Shown one piece after another: positions 20,056 to 29,311 of a DNA stretch of 64,000 nt (its first letter is position 1; each line of letters opens with the position of its first letter). Source of the stretch: Clostridium algoriphilum (GTDB taxonomy: Bacteria; Bacillota; Clostridia; Clostridiales; Clostridiaceae); the NCBI RefSeq assembly GCF_020443705.1, contig NZ_JAIZZK010000011.1, forward strand, positions 10,810 to 74,809, given 5' to 3'. The position numbers were made by a program, and so were the translations under genes. The notes under the pieces were generated by a model that saw nothing but the letters and a program-made list of their open reading frames with translations, made no database searches and had not been told where the DNA came from.

Positions 20056-21003
20056 TTAAACATACTCTCCCTTAACCATATTAAGCATATCTTGCTTTTC
20101 TCTTGTGAATCTATTATAAACACTTTCTTTTATCTCAGCTGAACTACCTTTAAAATAAACATTAACCTTCTGACGTTCATTATATAAATCATTAATTATA
20201 TTACCATCGGTGTTTTTTAAATTAAGTTTTGAGAACACAGATAAAGCTCCTCCTACACCATGTTGAACTACTGTAGACAATAAACTTTCTTTTAGAGCTT
20301 CACTTTTCTTACTTATATCAAAACCATATTTTGATTTTAATGATTGAGCTGCAGAATCATAATAATTTTCCTTAATAGAATTTTGTTGCAGTTTTAGAAA
20401 TTTATCTTTGTTATATCTAGCTATACTAGTCCATGTTGCATCAAAATTTTCCCCGAATTTATTACCATCTTTAGCTTTTGCTCCTGTAAGTTTTGAATAA
20501 ATGTCTTTATCTTTTGTTTTCAGTGAGATTATAAAAGAATCTAAAGAACCTGTTTTTGAAGAAAATTGCCATGCTCCATACGACTTACCTCCAATATCCC
20601 CTGATGTATTACTTATCGTGCCTGGATTAATATTAGATTCATATTTAGCAGATGCGTACCCTACTCCATTGCTATTATTAAGTGCATCTTTACTAGTAGT
20701 ATTACCTACTAGTGACTTCAGCGCACCTCGTACATTTGTATTAAAATTACTAATAGCACTCAGTGAATCATCTAAACTAAAAGAACTTTGATTTGATAAA
20801 GCTGTAGACATAAGCTCTGCCATCATTGAATTTCCTGAATTATCCATCATTTGAACAAGCATTGTTTGAAATGCTGATTCCTGCATTGATTTTTCGTTTT
20901 CAACATCACTTGTTTTTTTATTTGCAATATTACTATTATTTTTTATTTGCAATGCATATTGCTTTAACAATGCATTATTAATCATATCTGTAGATAATGT
21001 CAT
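20056..21003 (-). CDS. Hypothetical Ser/Asn-rich protein, cysteine-free; no confident family assignment
   Basis: ORF 20056..21012 (GTG) with likely ATG at 21003 after gggtga RBS; low-complexity N-terminus, conserved-looking blocks GYASAKYESNINPGTISNTSGDIGGKSYGAWQFSS and LLSTVVQHGVGGA. Confidence 0.45.
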   Translation of the reverse strand: MTLSTDMINNALLKQYALQIKNNSNIANKKTSDVENEKSMQESAFQTMLVQMMDNSGNSMMAELMSTALSNQSSFSLDDSLSAISNFNTNVRGALKSLVGNTTSKDALNNSNGVGYASAKYESNINPGTISNTSGDIGGKSYGAWQFSSKTGSLDSFIISLKTKDKDIYSKLTGAKAKDGNKFGENFDATWTSIARYNKDKFLKLQQNSIKENYYDSAAQSLKSKYGFDISKKSEALKESLLSTVVQHGVGGALSVFSKLNLKNTDGNIINDLYNERQKVNVYFKGSSAEIKESVYNRFTREKQDMLNMVKGEYV

Positions 21004-21286
21004 CAATATCACCCGATTTACATATATTTTTTTCTGTACATAATATTATCTCATATAATATTATCATACGCTACAAAAATATAGCATAAACTTCATTGAC
21101 TAAACCTGTTGAATAGAAATAAAATATTTGCACATATTAAAGAAAATAAGCTTAATTATTCAAATAACTATTGATTCAACATAAAATCTAACTAAAATGC
21201 AATTTGTATGCAGTGGGCTTATTTATATATTAAAGATTATTTTGTATCATTATAAAGGGCCACTAATATGTTAAAGGGTGAGTAAT

Positions 21287-21619
21287 ATGCAAAATGAAAT
21301 TGATTATGCAAAAATTGGGAATCGAATAAGGATTGAAAGAGAAAAGTTCGATATGACTAGAGAACGTTTTTCAGAACTCTTAAACATTTCTCCTTATTTT
21401 TTAGGACAAATTGAAAGAGGAGAAAGAAAAATGAGTATTAACACTTTGATAAATGTTTCTGAATGTCTTCACATTTCCATAGATTACTTATTTTTTGGAC
21501 AAGTGAATGTTAGTGCAAATACTAATGTTTTACACTCGTTAATTGATAAGTGTTCAGAAAAGGAAGTCAAAGTAATTGAAGGGCTTATAAAGTTGTTATT
21601 ACCACACCTTGCAAGATAG
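21287..21619 (+). CDS. XRE-family helix-turn-helix transcriptional regulator
   Basis: 111 aa; HTH_3 signature ERFSELLNISPYFLGQIERGERKMSINTLINVSECLHISIDYLF; ATG at 21287 after gggtgag RBS. Confidence 0.8.
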   Translation: MQNEIDYAKIGNRIRIEREKFDMTRERFSELLNISPYFLGQIERGERKMSINTLINVSECLHISIDYLFFGQVNVSANTNVLHSLIDKCSEKEVKVIEGLIKLLLPHLAR

Positions 21620-21654
21620 GAAGTATTAAGAACCCATGTTTTTCAAAAGTGCAA

Positions 21655-21700
21655 AAAATATGCTAACTATATTTATATGCAGTTAGCATATTTTTTATTT
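21655..21700. terminator. terminator after XRE gene (aaaatatgctaact / agttagcatatttt + T-run)
   Basis: 14-bp inverted repeat followed by ttttttattt. Confidence 0.6.
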
Positions 21701-21754
21701 GTTTATTTTATATATGTTTAAAATATATGAATTAAAAAAATAATAATTATAATG

Positions 21755-21787
21755 ATTAAAAAAGAAGCTACCAAATGTAGCTTCTTT
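21755..21787 (-). terminator. terminator after aminotransferase gene (aaagaagctac / gtagcttcttt)
   Basis: 11-bp inverted repeat with A-run on + (T-run on - strand). Confidence 0.55.
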
Positions 21788-21797
21788 AAATTTCTTT

Positions 21798-23162
21798 TTA
21801 TACTTTAGAACTTACTTTCTTTATAGCATTTTCTAGTATATCTAATCCAGCATTTAATTGTTCATCTGTAATACATAGTGGCATTAAGCAACGAAGAGTG
21901 TTTCCGCGAACCCCACAGTCTAAAATCATTAAACCATTATTACTGCATTCTTTAATTATAGCCTTTACTTCATTTTTAGCTGGTTCTTTTGTTACTCTAT
22001 CAGTTACAAACTCAATACCCATCATTGCCCCTAGGCCACGAACATCTCCTATAAGATTATATTTTTTCTTCATTTCATTAAATCTGCTCATACCTATTTC
22101 TGCAATATGTCTTGCTTTAGCAGCATAATTATCTCTTTCCATAATTTCAATAACTTTTAAAGCTGCAATACATGAAACTGGGTTGCCACCGAAAGTTCCA
22201 CCAATTCCACCAGCTTGCGCGGCATCCATAACTTCTGCTCTACCAGTTACTGCACTTATTGGGAGCCCTGCTGCAAGTGATTTTGCACTAGTTATGATAT
22301 CTGCGTATATTCCCTTATCTGCCCAGTAATCACTAGCAAACATTCTACCTGTTCTGCAATATCCTGATTGTACCTCGTCAAATATTAATAATATACCAAA
22401 CTCATCACATATACGTCTAAGCTCTTTTACATACTCAGTTGGTACTGGAAGGAACCCACCTTCACCTTGTACTGGCTCAATAATTATTGCTGCAACATCT
22501 TCTGTATTTATTTGTTCTAAGAAGAAATTGTTTAATTTCTCAATGTAATAGTTAGTTGCGTCTTCTTCTGATACACCAACTGGACGACGGTATATATACG
22601 GAAATTCTGCACGATGAATTCCGGGAGCGAAAGGTCCGAACCCAAGTTTATATGGTTTTACTTTACTTGTCATTCCCATTGTCAAACTTGTTCTCCCGTG
22701 GAATCCACCTGTAAATACAACTATCTCCTTTTTTCCTGTATACTTACGAGCAATTTTTATAGCATTTTCTACAGCTTCAGCTCCACTATTAATAAACATT
22801 GTTTTCTTTTTAGATTTTCCTGGGACAATGTTATTTAACTTTTCAGCTAAACGTAGATAGGATTCATATTGAACTACATTTATACTTGAGTGAAAAAATT
22901 TAGAAACTTGCTCTTTAACAACCTCAATAACCTCTGGATTAGAATAACCTATGTTTAAAACTCCTATTCCACCAACAAAATCCAACATAATATTTCCGTC
23001 TACATCTTCAAACATTGCACCTTCCCCACGCTTAATAAAAGCAGGTGCCCCATAAGATACTCCACCAGGAACATTTTCTTCTCTTAGTTTTAATAATTCT
23101 TTTGCTTTTGGTCCTGGTAATGTAGTTGTCATTTTAGGTAAGCTAATTCTTAATTCTGTCAT
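21798..23162 (-). CDS. Class-III (omega) PLP-dependent aminotransferase, 4-aminobutyrate aminotransferase-like
   Basis: 454 aa; fold-type I AT-III architecture, GabT-like N-terminus; RBS gaggagg. Confidence 0.8.
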   Translation of the reverse strand: MTELRISLPKMTTTLPGPKAKELLKLREENVPGGVSYGAPAFIKRGEGAMFEDVDGNIMLDFVGGIGVLNIGYSNPEVIEVVKEQVSKFFHSSINVVQYESYLRLAEKLNNIVPGKSKKKTMFINSGAEAVENAIKIARKYTGKKEIVVFTGGFHGRTSLTMGMTSKVKPYKLGFGPFAPGIHRAEFPYIYRRPVGVSEEDATNYYIEKLNNFFLEQINTEDVAAIIIEPVQGEGGFLPVPTEYVKELRRICDEFGILLIFDEVQSGYCRTGRMFASDYWADKGIYADIITSAKSLAAGLPISAVTGRAEVMDAAQAGGIGGTFGGNPVSCIAALKVIEIMERDNYAAKARHIAEIGMSRFNEMKKKYNLIGDVRGLGAMMGIEFVTDRVTKEPAKNEVKAIIKECSNNGLMILDCGVRGNTLRCLMPLCITDEQLNAGLDILENAIKKVSSKV

Positions 23163-23500
23163 AATTAAATCCTCCTCGATTATATTTATTTAAGTTTATA
23201 TTTAAATTTTAAAATATACATATGATTTTTTTTAAAACTATTTTAACTACACATATAAAATGTGTTTTCTTTTATTTTGAATAATAACGTCTCCATTCAA
23301 ATCATATTTTAACCTCTATCTTAATATTATATTTCGACATTAAATAAACAAAACCCTTTTTATTAATTAAAATGGTTTTGTTTATTTACAATGGTTGAGC
23401 AACAATTTTAGGCATACTAAAAAAAATAAACCAGTATCTTAACTAGTTATTTTTTATATATGCCTTATTAAAATAATTAATAATTATTGACTACTTTAAG

Positions 23501-23902
23501 TTACAACCATTCTTTTAGTATACATTTTATCTTAGTATTAAATAAGATTGTAGAGCATGTCCTACTTAATTTCAATTTCAGATTATGTTCATATTCTTCA
23601 AATTGTGTCCCCATTTTTTGTTTAATTCTATTATGTAGAACGTCATGAGTATTATCCAGCTCATCATATGGAATATCTTCTATAACAAAAAATTCCAGTT
23701 CCTTTCCTGCAACACCTTTAATCTGAAAATTATTAGCCATTTTATTAATCATGAACCATTTTTTTATATTTTCATATTCTTTAATCATTTTTTCTAATGA
23801 CATGTTATATATAGCTTCTTCTAAAAATGGCACTTCGTGCAAACAATTCACATTCATAACATTCTCTTCTATGTCTTTTACAAAATAAAATATTTTCCCC
23901 AC
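23501..23902 (-). CDS. Hypothetical protein (133 aa)
   Basis: ORF only; no recognisable motif. Confidence 0.3.
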   Translation of the reverse strand: MGKIFYFVKDIEENVMNVNCLHEVPFLEEAIYNMSLEKMIKEYENIKKWFMINKMANNFQIKGVAGKELEFFVIEDIPYDELDNTHDVLHNRIKQKMGTQFEEYEHNLKLKLSRTCSTILFNTKIKCILKEWL

Positions 23903-24259
23903 CTCCGCAACCTTACATGTATTAATTAATGTTTATAAATTAAAACAATTATGTAATAGAAACATTGTAACAAATTTTCTTGTGATTTCATATTAATTCT
24001 TAAACCCAAATTGTAAACATTTTTACTGTTATTACATATATTCCTACTGGTTATTCAACCATTATAAAATGCAAAATAATATCTACTAGTCAGTATAATA
24101 ATAAGCTTATGTCTTAAATTATGGCATTCCCACTATTTGTTTTTATCCTTTTAAAGTGCTATTATTAAACTTATATATATTGTATGAAAGTGGAAGCTTA
24201 CATACATAAACGTATTGCTGTTTATTATAACAAAATTCAGTATAATTGGAGATGAAAAC

Positions 24260-24838
24260 ATGAGCATAAAAAACATTAAAACACTGGCTGATACAAGGTA
24301 TTTAAAACTTTATGATGCAGAGTATATTAATAAAAATGGTGAAACAAAAAATTGGTCCATAGCTTCTAGAAAGGATTTAGACACATTAAATAATATTTAT
24401 TTTCATGGATCAGAGTGCAGTATTGACGCTGTTGTAATAGTAGCTACTCATACTGATGAAAATAAATTGGTAGTTATAAAGCAGTTTAGGGTTCCTCTAA
24501 ATGATTATGTTTATGAAATTCCTGCTGGGCTTATAGATCCTGGAGAAGATTTCAAAACTACTGTAGGTCGTGAACTAAAAGAAGAAACAGGACTTGATCT
24601 GATAAAGATTGATTATGATAAGACAAAATCTAAGGCATATATTTCAACAGGTATGACAGATGAGTCTGTAGCTTTAGTTTATTGTACTTGTAACGGCAAA
24701 ATATCAAAAGCATTTTTAGAACCTGATGAGGATATTGAAATAATGCTATTATCAAAAAAAGAAGCTAAAAGTTTAATTACTTCTAATGAGAACATAGATA
24801 TTAAAGCTTTTCTTTGTATACAAAACTTTATAGGTTAG
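24260..24838 (+). CDS. Nudix hydrolase (ADP-ribose pyrophosphatase-like)
   Basis: Nudix box AGLIDPGEDFKTTVGRELKEETGLD (GX5EX7REUXEEXGU); start at MSIKN after ggag RBS. Confidence 0.8.
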   Translation: MSIKNIKTLADTRYLKLYDAEYINKNGETKNWSIASRKDLDTLNNIYFHGSECSIDAVVIVATHTDENKLVVIKQFRVPLNDYVYEIPAGLIDPGEDFKTTVGRELKEETGLDLIKIDYDKTKSKAYISTGMTDESVALVYCTCNGKISKAFLEPDEDIEIMLLSKKEAKSLITSNENIDIKAFLCIQNFIG

Positions 24839-24882
24839 ATGAAGTCCCTAACTATAAACAAAAGATAATTGATACTATAACA

Positions 24883-24918
24883 ACAAGCCCATCGGATATT
24901 TATTCTGATGGGCTTGTT
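24883..24918. terminator. bidirectional terminator between Nudix gene and hydA (aacaagcccatc / gatgggcttgtt)
   Basis: 12-bp GC-containing inverted repeat. Confidence 0.6.
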
Positions 24919-24967
24919 AATTTATATACACGAAACTAATTTATATTTATTTCAAACATAAAAGATA

Positions 24968-26656
24968 TTATTTCTTTGTGTAATCTACATGTAATAGCTT
25001 ATGAAGCTTATCTTTTAACAAACCATTATACAATGATGTCATTAGCGGATTTCCTTCTGATCGCCTTATGCTATTCATTCTATCTGCTTCATATAATAAT
25101 GCACCACGTTTTAATTTTCCCTTAGCTTTTACAAATGGTTGTCCTGCGCCACCAATGCATCCACCTGGGCAAGCCATAACTTCAACAAAATCATATTGAG
25201 CTTCGCCCTTTTGCAACTTTTTCACAAGCTCATCTGCATTTTTAAGTCCACTTACCACTGCTATCTTTATTACGCGTTCACCCACAGTAATGCTCGCTTC
25301 TTTAACTCCCCTCATACCCCTAACGCCATTAAAAGCAAGGGCACGTAATGCAGAAGTTGATTTATCTTCTTGCACTCGACGTATAACAGCCTCAGTAACA
25401 CCACCTGTCACTCCAAATATAACACCTGCTCCACTGCTAACCCCAAATGGCATATCAACTGCCTCAGGCAATATCTCTGAGAATACAATTCCTGATTCTT
25501 TTATCATTTGTATGAGTTCTTGCGTAGTTATTACATAATCTACATTTGAAACCCCATTTTCTTTAAATTCATCTCTTTGTGCTTCATATTTTTTTGCAGT
25601 GCAAGGCATAATTGCTACATGCACTATTCTTTTATTGGAATCTTTATATTGCTGCTTAATTACAGATGCAAACATTTGCATGGGCGAGCGACAAGAAGAT
25701 ACATTCTTCATTAAACTAGGATAAGTATTTTCGACATAGTTTACCCACGCAGGACAACAAGAAGTAAACAAAGGTAATTTCTCATTATTTTCAAGTCTTG
25801 AAAGAAACTCTGCTGTTTCCTCGAGTACTGTGAGATCGGCCCCAGTGGATGTATCAAATATTTCATCAACGCCCATTTTCCTAAGAGAACTTACTATTTT
25901 ACCCATCACATTTTCATCATTCTTTTGTCCAAGCTCCTGACTAATTCCTACACGTACTGCAGGAGCAATCTGAACTACAACCACTGTTTCCATATCACTA
26001 ATATCTTTCCAAAGCCTCTGCGAGTCATTTTTTACAATTATAGCACCAGTAGGACACACCGCTGCGCACTGTCCACAGCCAACGCAATTGGTTTCTGCTA
26101 GTGGTACATTAAAAGCAGTTCCTACGCTCATTTTTGAGCCCCTATTAACAAAGTCTATAGCTCCAACGTTTTGTACTTCTTCACACATCCGGACACAATC
26201 GCCACATAAAATACACTTACTTTTATCACGTGCTATGCATACTGACGAGTTGTCTATTGCCCTCTTTGCAGAAGTATTAGTGAATCTTACTTTTCTTATT
26301 CCAAAACGCTCAGCAAGCTCTTGCAATTTGCAATGACCACTTTTGTCGCAAGTGGTACAATCTCTACAATGATCTGCTAGGAGTAACTCAAGTATCATTT
26401 TTCTATATTTACGTAGCTTTGGTGTATTTGTATAAATCTCCATATTAGCTTTCGGAGGGGTAGAGCAAGAAGCTTCCATGCCTCCCCATTTGTTCTCCAC
26501 CATGCACATACGACAAGCACCATACACTGAAAGTTCAGAATAATAACATAAGGTAGGCAAATCAATACCAGCTTTTCTAACTACTTCAAGAATGTTTTTC
26601 TCTCCATTTATCTCTACGGGAATATCATCTATAAGCATAAACTGTCCATTCATCAT
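24968..26656 (-). CDS. hydA: [FeFe]-hydrogenase catalytic subunit HydA (multimeric NAD(P)-linked/bifurcating type)
   Basis: 562 aa; N-terminal 2Fe-2S ferredoxin domain, 4Fe-4S Cys clusters, H-cluster motifs TSCCPAWV, MPCTAKKYE, EVMACPGGCIGGAGQP. Confidence 0.9.
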   Translation of the reverse strand: MMNGQFMLIDDIPVEINGEKNILEVVRKAGIDLPTLCYYSELSVYGACRMCMVENKWGGMEASCSTPPKANMEIYTNTPKLRKYRKMILELLLADHCRDCTTCDKSGHCKLQELAERFGIRKVRFTNTSAKRAIDNSSVCIARDKSKCILCGDCVRMCEEVQNVGAIDFVNRGSKMSVGTAFNVPLAETNCVGCGQCAAVCPTGAIIVKNDSQRLWKDISDMETVVVVQIAPAVRVGISQELGQKNDENVMGKIVSSLRKMGVDEIFDTSTGADLTVLEETAEFLSRLENNEKLPLFTSCCPAWVNYVENTYPSLMKNVSSCRSPMQMFASVIKQQYKDSNKRIVHVAIMPCTAKKYEAQRDEFKENGVSNVDYVITTQELIQMIKESGIVFSEILPEAVDMPFGVSSGAGVIFGVTGGVTEAVIRRVQEDKSTSALRALAFNGVRGMRGVKEASITVGERVIKIAVVSGLKNADELVKKLQKGEAQYDFVEVMACPGGCIGGAGQPFVKAKGKLKRGALLYEADRMNSIRRSEGNPLMTSLYNGLLKDKLHKLLHVDYTKK

Positions 26657-26657
26657 C

Positions 26658-28532
26658 TTAATCCTCCTTTATAGCTTTGAAAGCACAAGCTTCAATACAG
26701 GCACCACACTTAATGCACTTTTCTTTATCTATTGTATAAGGTAATTTAATCTTGCCAGAAATTGCATTAACCGGGCAAATCCTTGAACACTTTGAACAGC
26801 CTTTGCAAAGATCTTTATCTATAAATATAGTTTTAAGCCCTGAACAAGTTTTTGAGGGACATTTCTTTTGATTTATGTGAATTTCATACTCATCGCGGAA
26901 ATTTTTAATAGTACTAACAACTGGTAAAGCAGCTGTTTTACCGAGGCCACATAAAGCAGTATGCGATATAGTATCTGCAAGTTCCATTAACATGTCGATA
27001 TCGGATATTTTCCCTTCACCCGAAGTAATATTTTTAAGAATTTCAAGCATTCTTTTAGTACCTTCGCGGCAAGGAACACACTTACCACAAGATTCATTTT
27101 GGGTGAAGGTCATGAAGAATTTTGCAACTTCAACCATGCAAGTATCTTCGTCCATAACCACAAGTCCACCAGAACCTATCATTGCACCTACTTTTTTAAG
27201 CGAATCAAAGTCTAGCCTTAAATCAAGATCTGATGTTATAAGACATCCCCCTGACGGTCCTCCTATCTGCACAGCCTTAAACTTTTTGCCACCTTTGATT
27301 CCTCCACCTATACCGAATATTATTTCTCTTAATGTTGACCCCATTGGAACTTCAATAAGTCCTGTATTTTCAATATTTCCAGTTAAAGCAAATGCCTTTG
27401 TACCTGGACTATTTTCAGGTCCTATAGATTTATACCACAGTGCCCCATTAATAATAATTAAAGGTACATTAGCAAATGTTTCTACATTGTTAAGTACTGT
27501 TGGTTTAGCAAAAAGTCCCTGCTCCACTGTTCTTGGAGGTTTTACTCTTGGCATGCCTCTTTTTCCCTCAATCGAAGCAGTAAGAGCACTTCCTTCACCA
27601 CAAACAAATGCACCTGCCCCTTTATTTATTTTTATATTGAAATTAAAATTTGTTCCAAGAATGTTTTCACCTAAGATACCGTAACTTGTTGCTTGACTAA
27701 TAGCATTCTTAAGTCTACTTACAGCAAGAGGATACTCTGCGCGCACATAAATATATCCTTCGGTTGCTCCACAGGCTATAGCTGCAATCATCATTCCTTC
27801 AAGCACTCTATGTGGGTCTCCCTCCATTACACTTCTATCCATAAACGCACCTGGATCACCTTCATCTCCATTGCATACAATATATTTTATATCCGTTTTC
27901 TGATTTTTTACTTGAGACCACTTGCGACCTGTAGGAAATCCACCACCTCCACGTCCTCTTAGATTTGACTCTTCTATTTCTTCAATGATGTTTCCTGCAT
28001 CCATATCAAATAATGCTTTTTCAAGTGCACTATAACCTCCTACAGCAAAATACTCTTCTATAGAAGTTGCATCAATATGTCCACAATGTTCAAGTGCAAG
28101 CCTAGTTTGGCTTTTATAAAAAGGTATTTCCTCTTGTTTCTTGTATATTTTCCCGTTTTTAGTGTATGCAAGCCTCTCTACGCACTCATCATGTAGTATA
28201 GTTTTTTCTAGTATTTCTTCACAATCCTCTCGTTTGACTTTTATATATAGATATCCCCAAGGCTCAATTTTTACAAGTGGGCCCATTTCGCAAAATCCAT
28301 GACATCCACTTTTTTTAATTCCAACTGATTCGTCATGCGGTTCCTTTTGGAGACCTACTTCACAATCTATCTTTTTATCCTTCATTAACCTTATAAGTTC
28401 ATCATAAATTTCGAGTGCTCCACCTGCAATGCAACCAGTACCTGCACATATTAGAATTTTTTTCTTTTCTTTTTGGAAACTATCCGTGTATTCATCTCTG
28501 ATATTAATTAAATCATCTCTATTAAGAAGCAT
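26658..28532 (-). CDS. hydB: Hydrogenase NADH-binding flavoprotein subunit HydB (NuoF-like, with thioredoxin-like 2Fe-2S N-domain and C-terminal 2x[4Fe-4S])
   Basis: 624 aa; FMN/NADH motifs GRGGGGFPTG, soluble-ligand-binding domain, CxxCxxCxxxCP ferredoxin motifs at C-terminus. Confidence 0.9.
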   Translation of the reverse strand: MLLNRDDLINIRDEYTDSFQKEKKKILICAGTGCIAGGALEIYDELIRLMKDKKIDCEVGLQKEPHDESVGIKKSGCHGFCEMGPLVKIEPWGYLYIKVKREDCEEILEKTILHDECVERLAYTKNGKIYKKQEEIPFYKSQTRLALEHCGHIDATSIEEYFAVGGYSALEKALFDMDAGNIIEEIEESNLRGRGGGGFPTGRKWSQVKNQKTDIKYIVCNGDEGDPGAFMDRSVMEGDPHRVLEGMMIAAIACGATEGYIYVRAEYPLAVSRLKNAISQATSYGILGENILGTNFNFNIKINKGAGAFVCGEGSALTASIEGKRGMPRVKPPRTVEQGLFAKPTVLNNVETFANVPLIIINGALWYKSIGPENSPGTKAFALTGNIENTGLIEVPMGSTLREIIFGIGGGIKGGKKFKAVQIGGPSGGCLITSDLDLRLDFDSLKKVGAMIGSGGLVVMDEDTCMVEVAKFFMTFTQNESCGKCVPCREGTKRMLEILKNITSGEGKISDIDMLMELADTISHTALCGLGKTAALPVVSTIKNFRDEYEIHINQKKCPSKTCSGLKTIFIDKDLCKGCSKCSRICPVNAISGKIKLPYTIDKEKCIKCGACIEACAFKAIKED

Positions 28533-28533
28533 A

Positions 28534-29010
28534 TTATTTTACCTCCTTAAGTGTGCTTAAAATTTCCATTGCCTTTTCTGGAGTCATAGCACCATGTACT
28601 TTGTCATTAATAGTTATAGCCGGTGCAAGTCCACATGCCCCAAGACACGAAACCGTTTCCACGGTAAAACTCAAGTCATCCGTTGTAATCTTAGATTCTG
28701 AAAGTCCTAACTCTGCCCTCATCTTATCTAAAATAGGAATAGACTTTCTCACATGACATGCTGTCCCATCACATATTTTTATAACATACCTGCCTTTTGG
28801 TTCTAAAGAAAAATTATCATAAAAAGTTGCTACCCCATATATTTTTGCCATACTCATGTCAAGCTTATCTGAAAAATATGCGAATACCTCCTTAGGTAAA
28901 TACCTATATATTTCTTGCGTATCTTGTAGTATTGCAATAATATTACTAGATTTAAACTCATGATTTTTAAGTATGTTATCTAAGTCACTATAATTAATTT
29001 GCATATTCAT
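28534..29010 (-). CDS. hydC: Hydrogenase 2Fe-2S subunit HydC (NuoE-like)
   Basis: 158 aa; NuoE thioredoxin-like fold with Cys ligands (CDGTAC...C..GAC). Confidence 0.85.
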   Translation of the reverse strand: MNMQINYSDLDNILKNHEFKSSNIIAILQDTQEIYRYLPKEVFAYFSDKLDMSMAKIYGVATFYDNFSLEPKGRYVIKICDGTACHVRKSIPILDKMRAELGLSESKITTDDLSFTVETVSCLGACGLAPAITINDKVHGAMTPEKAMEILSTLKEVK

Positions 29011-29311
29011 TATTCTTCCCCCTCGATAAATTATTAAATTGTATCTTGTTTTTATTTTACAATATTTAATTCAGTAATACAATATTAATAAATATTAACA
29101 TCCTTATTATTATATTTACTTTACTGTATAATTTCAGTAATACGATAAAATCTATAAATTTGTTTAAATTGCATTATATATGTCGTTGCATTTAATATCG
29201 TACTATAGTGTTTATTGCAATAACCATTATATGTTTATTGCAAAATTTATAAAATTGTGATAATATTAGACTTTATGTTGTATGATGTATTATCAAAATT
29301 AGGGGGAATTT

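Noticed and set aside
26992-27684. 230-aa ORF on the + strand antisense to hydB (Pro/Ser-rich)
   Set aside because: Lies entirely inside the well-supported NuoF-like hydB CDS on the opposite strand. Low-complexity composition and no RBS, so a typical antisense shadow ORF.
29085-29105. Possible Rex site upstream of hydC (…atattaataaatattaacat…)
   Set aside because: Only one half-site (TTAACAT) matches. The left half is a poor match to TTGTTAA, so it was not called.
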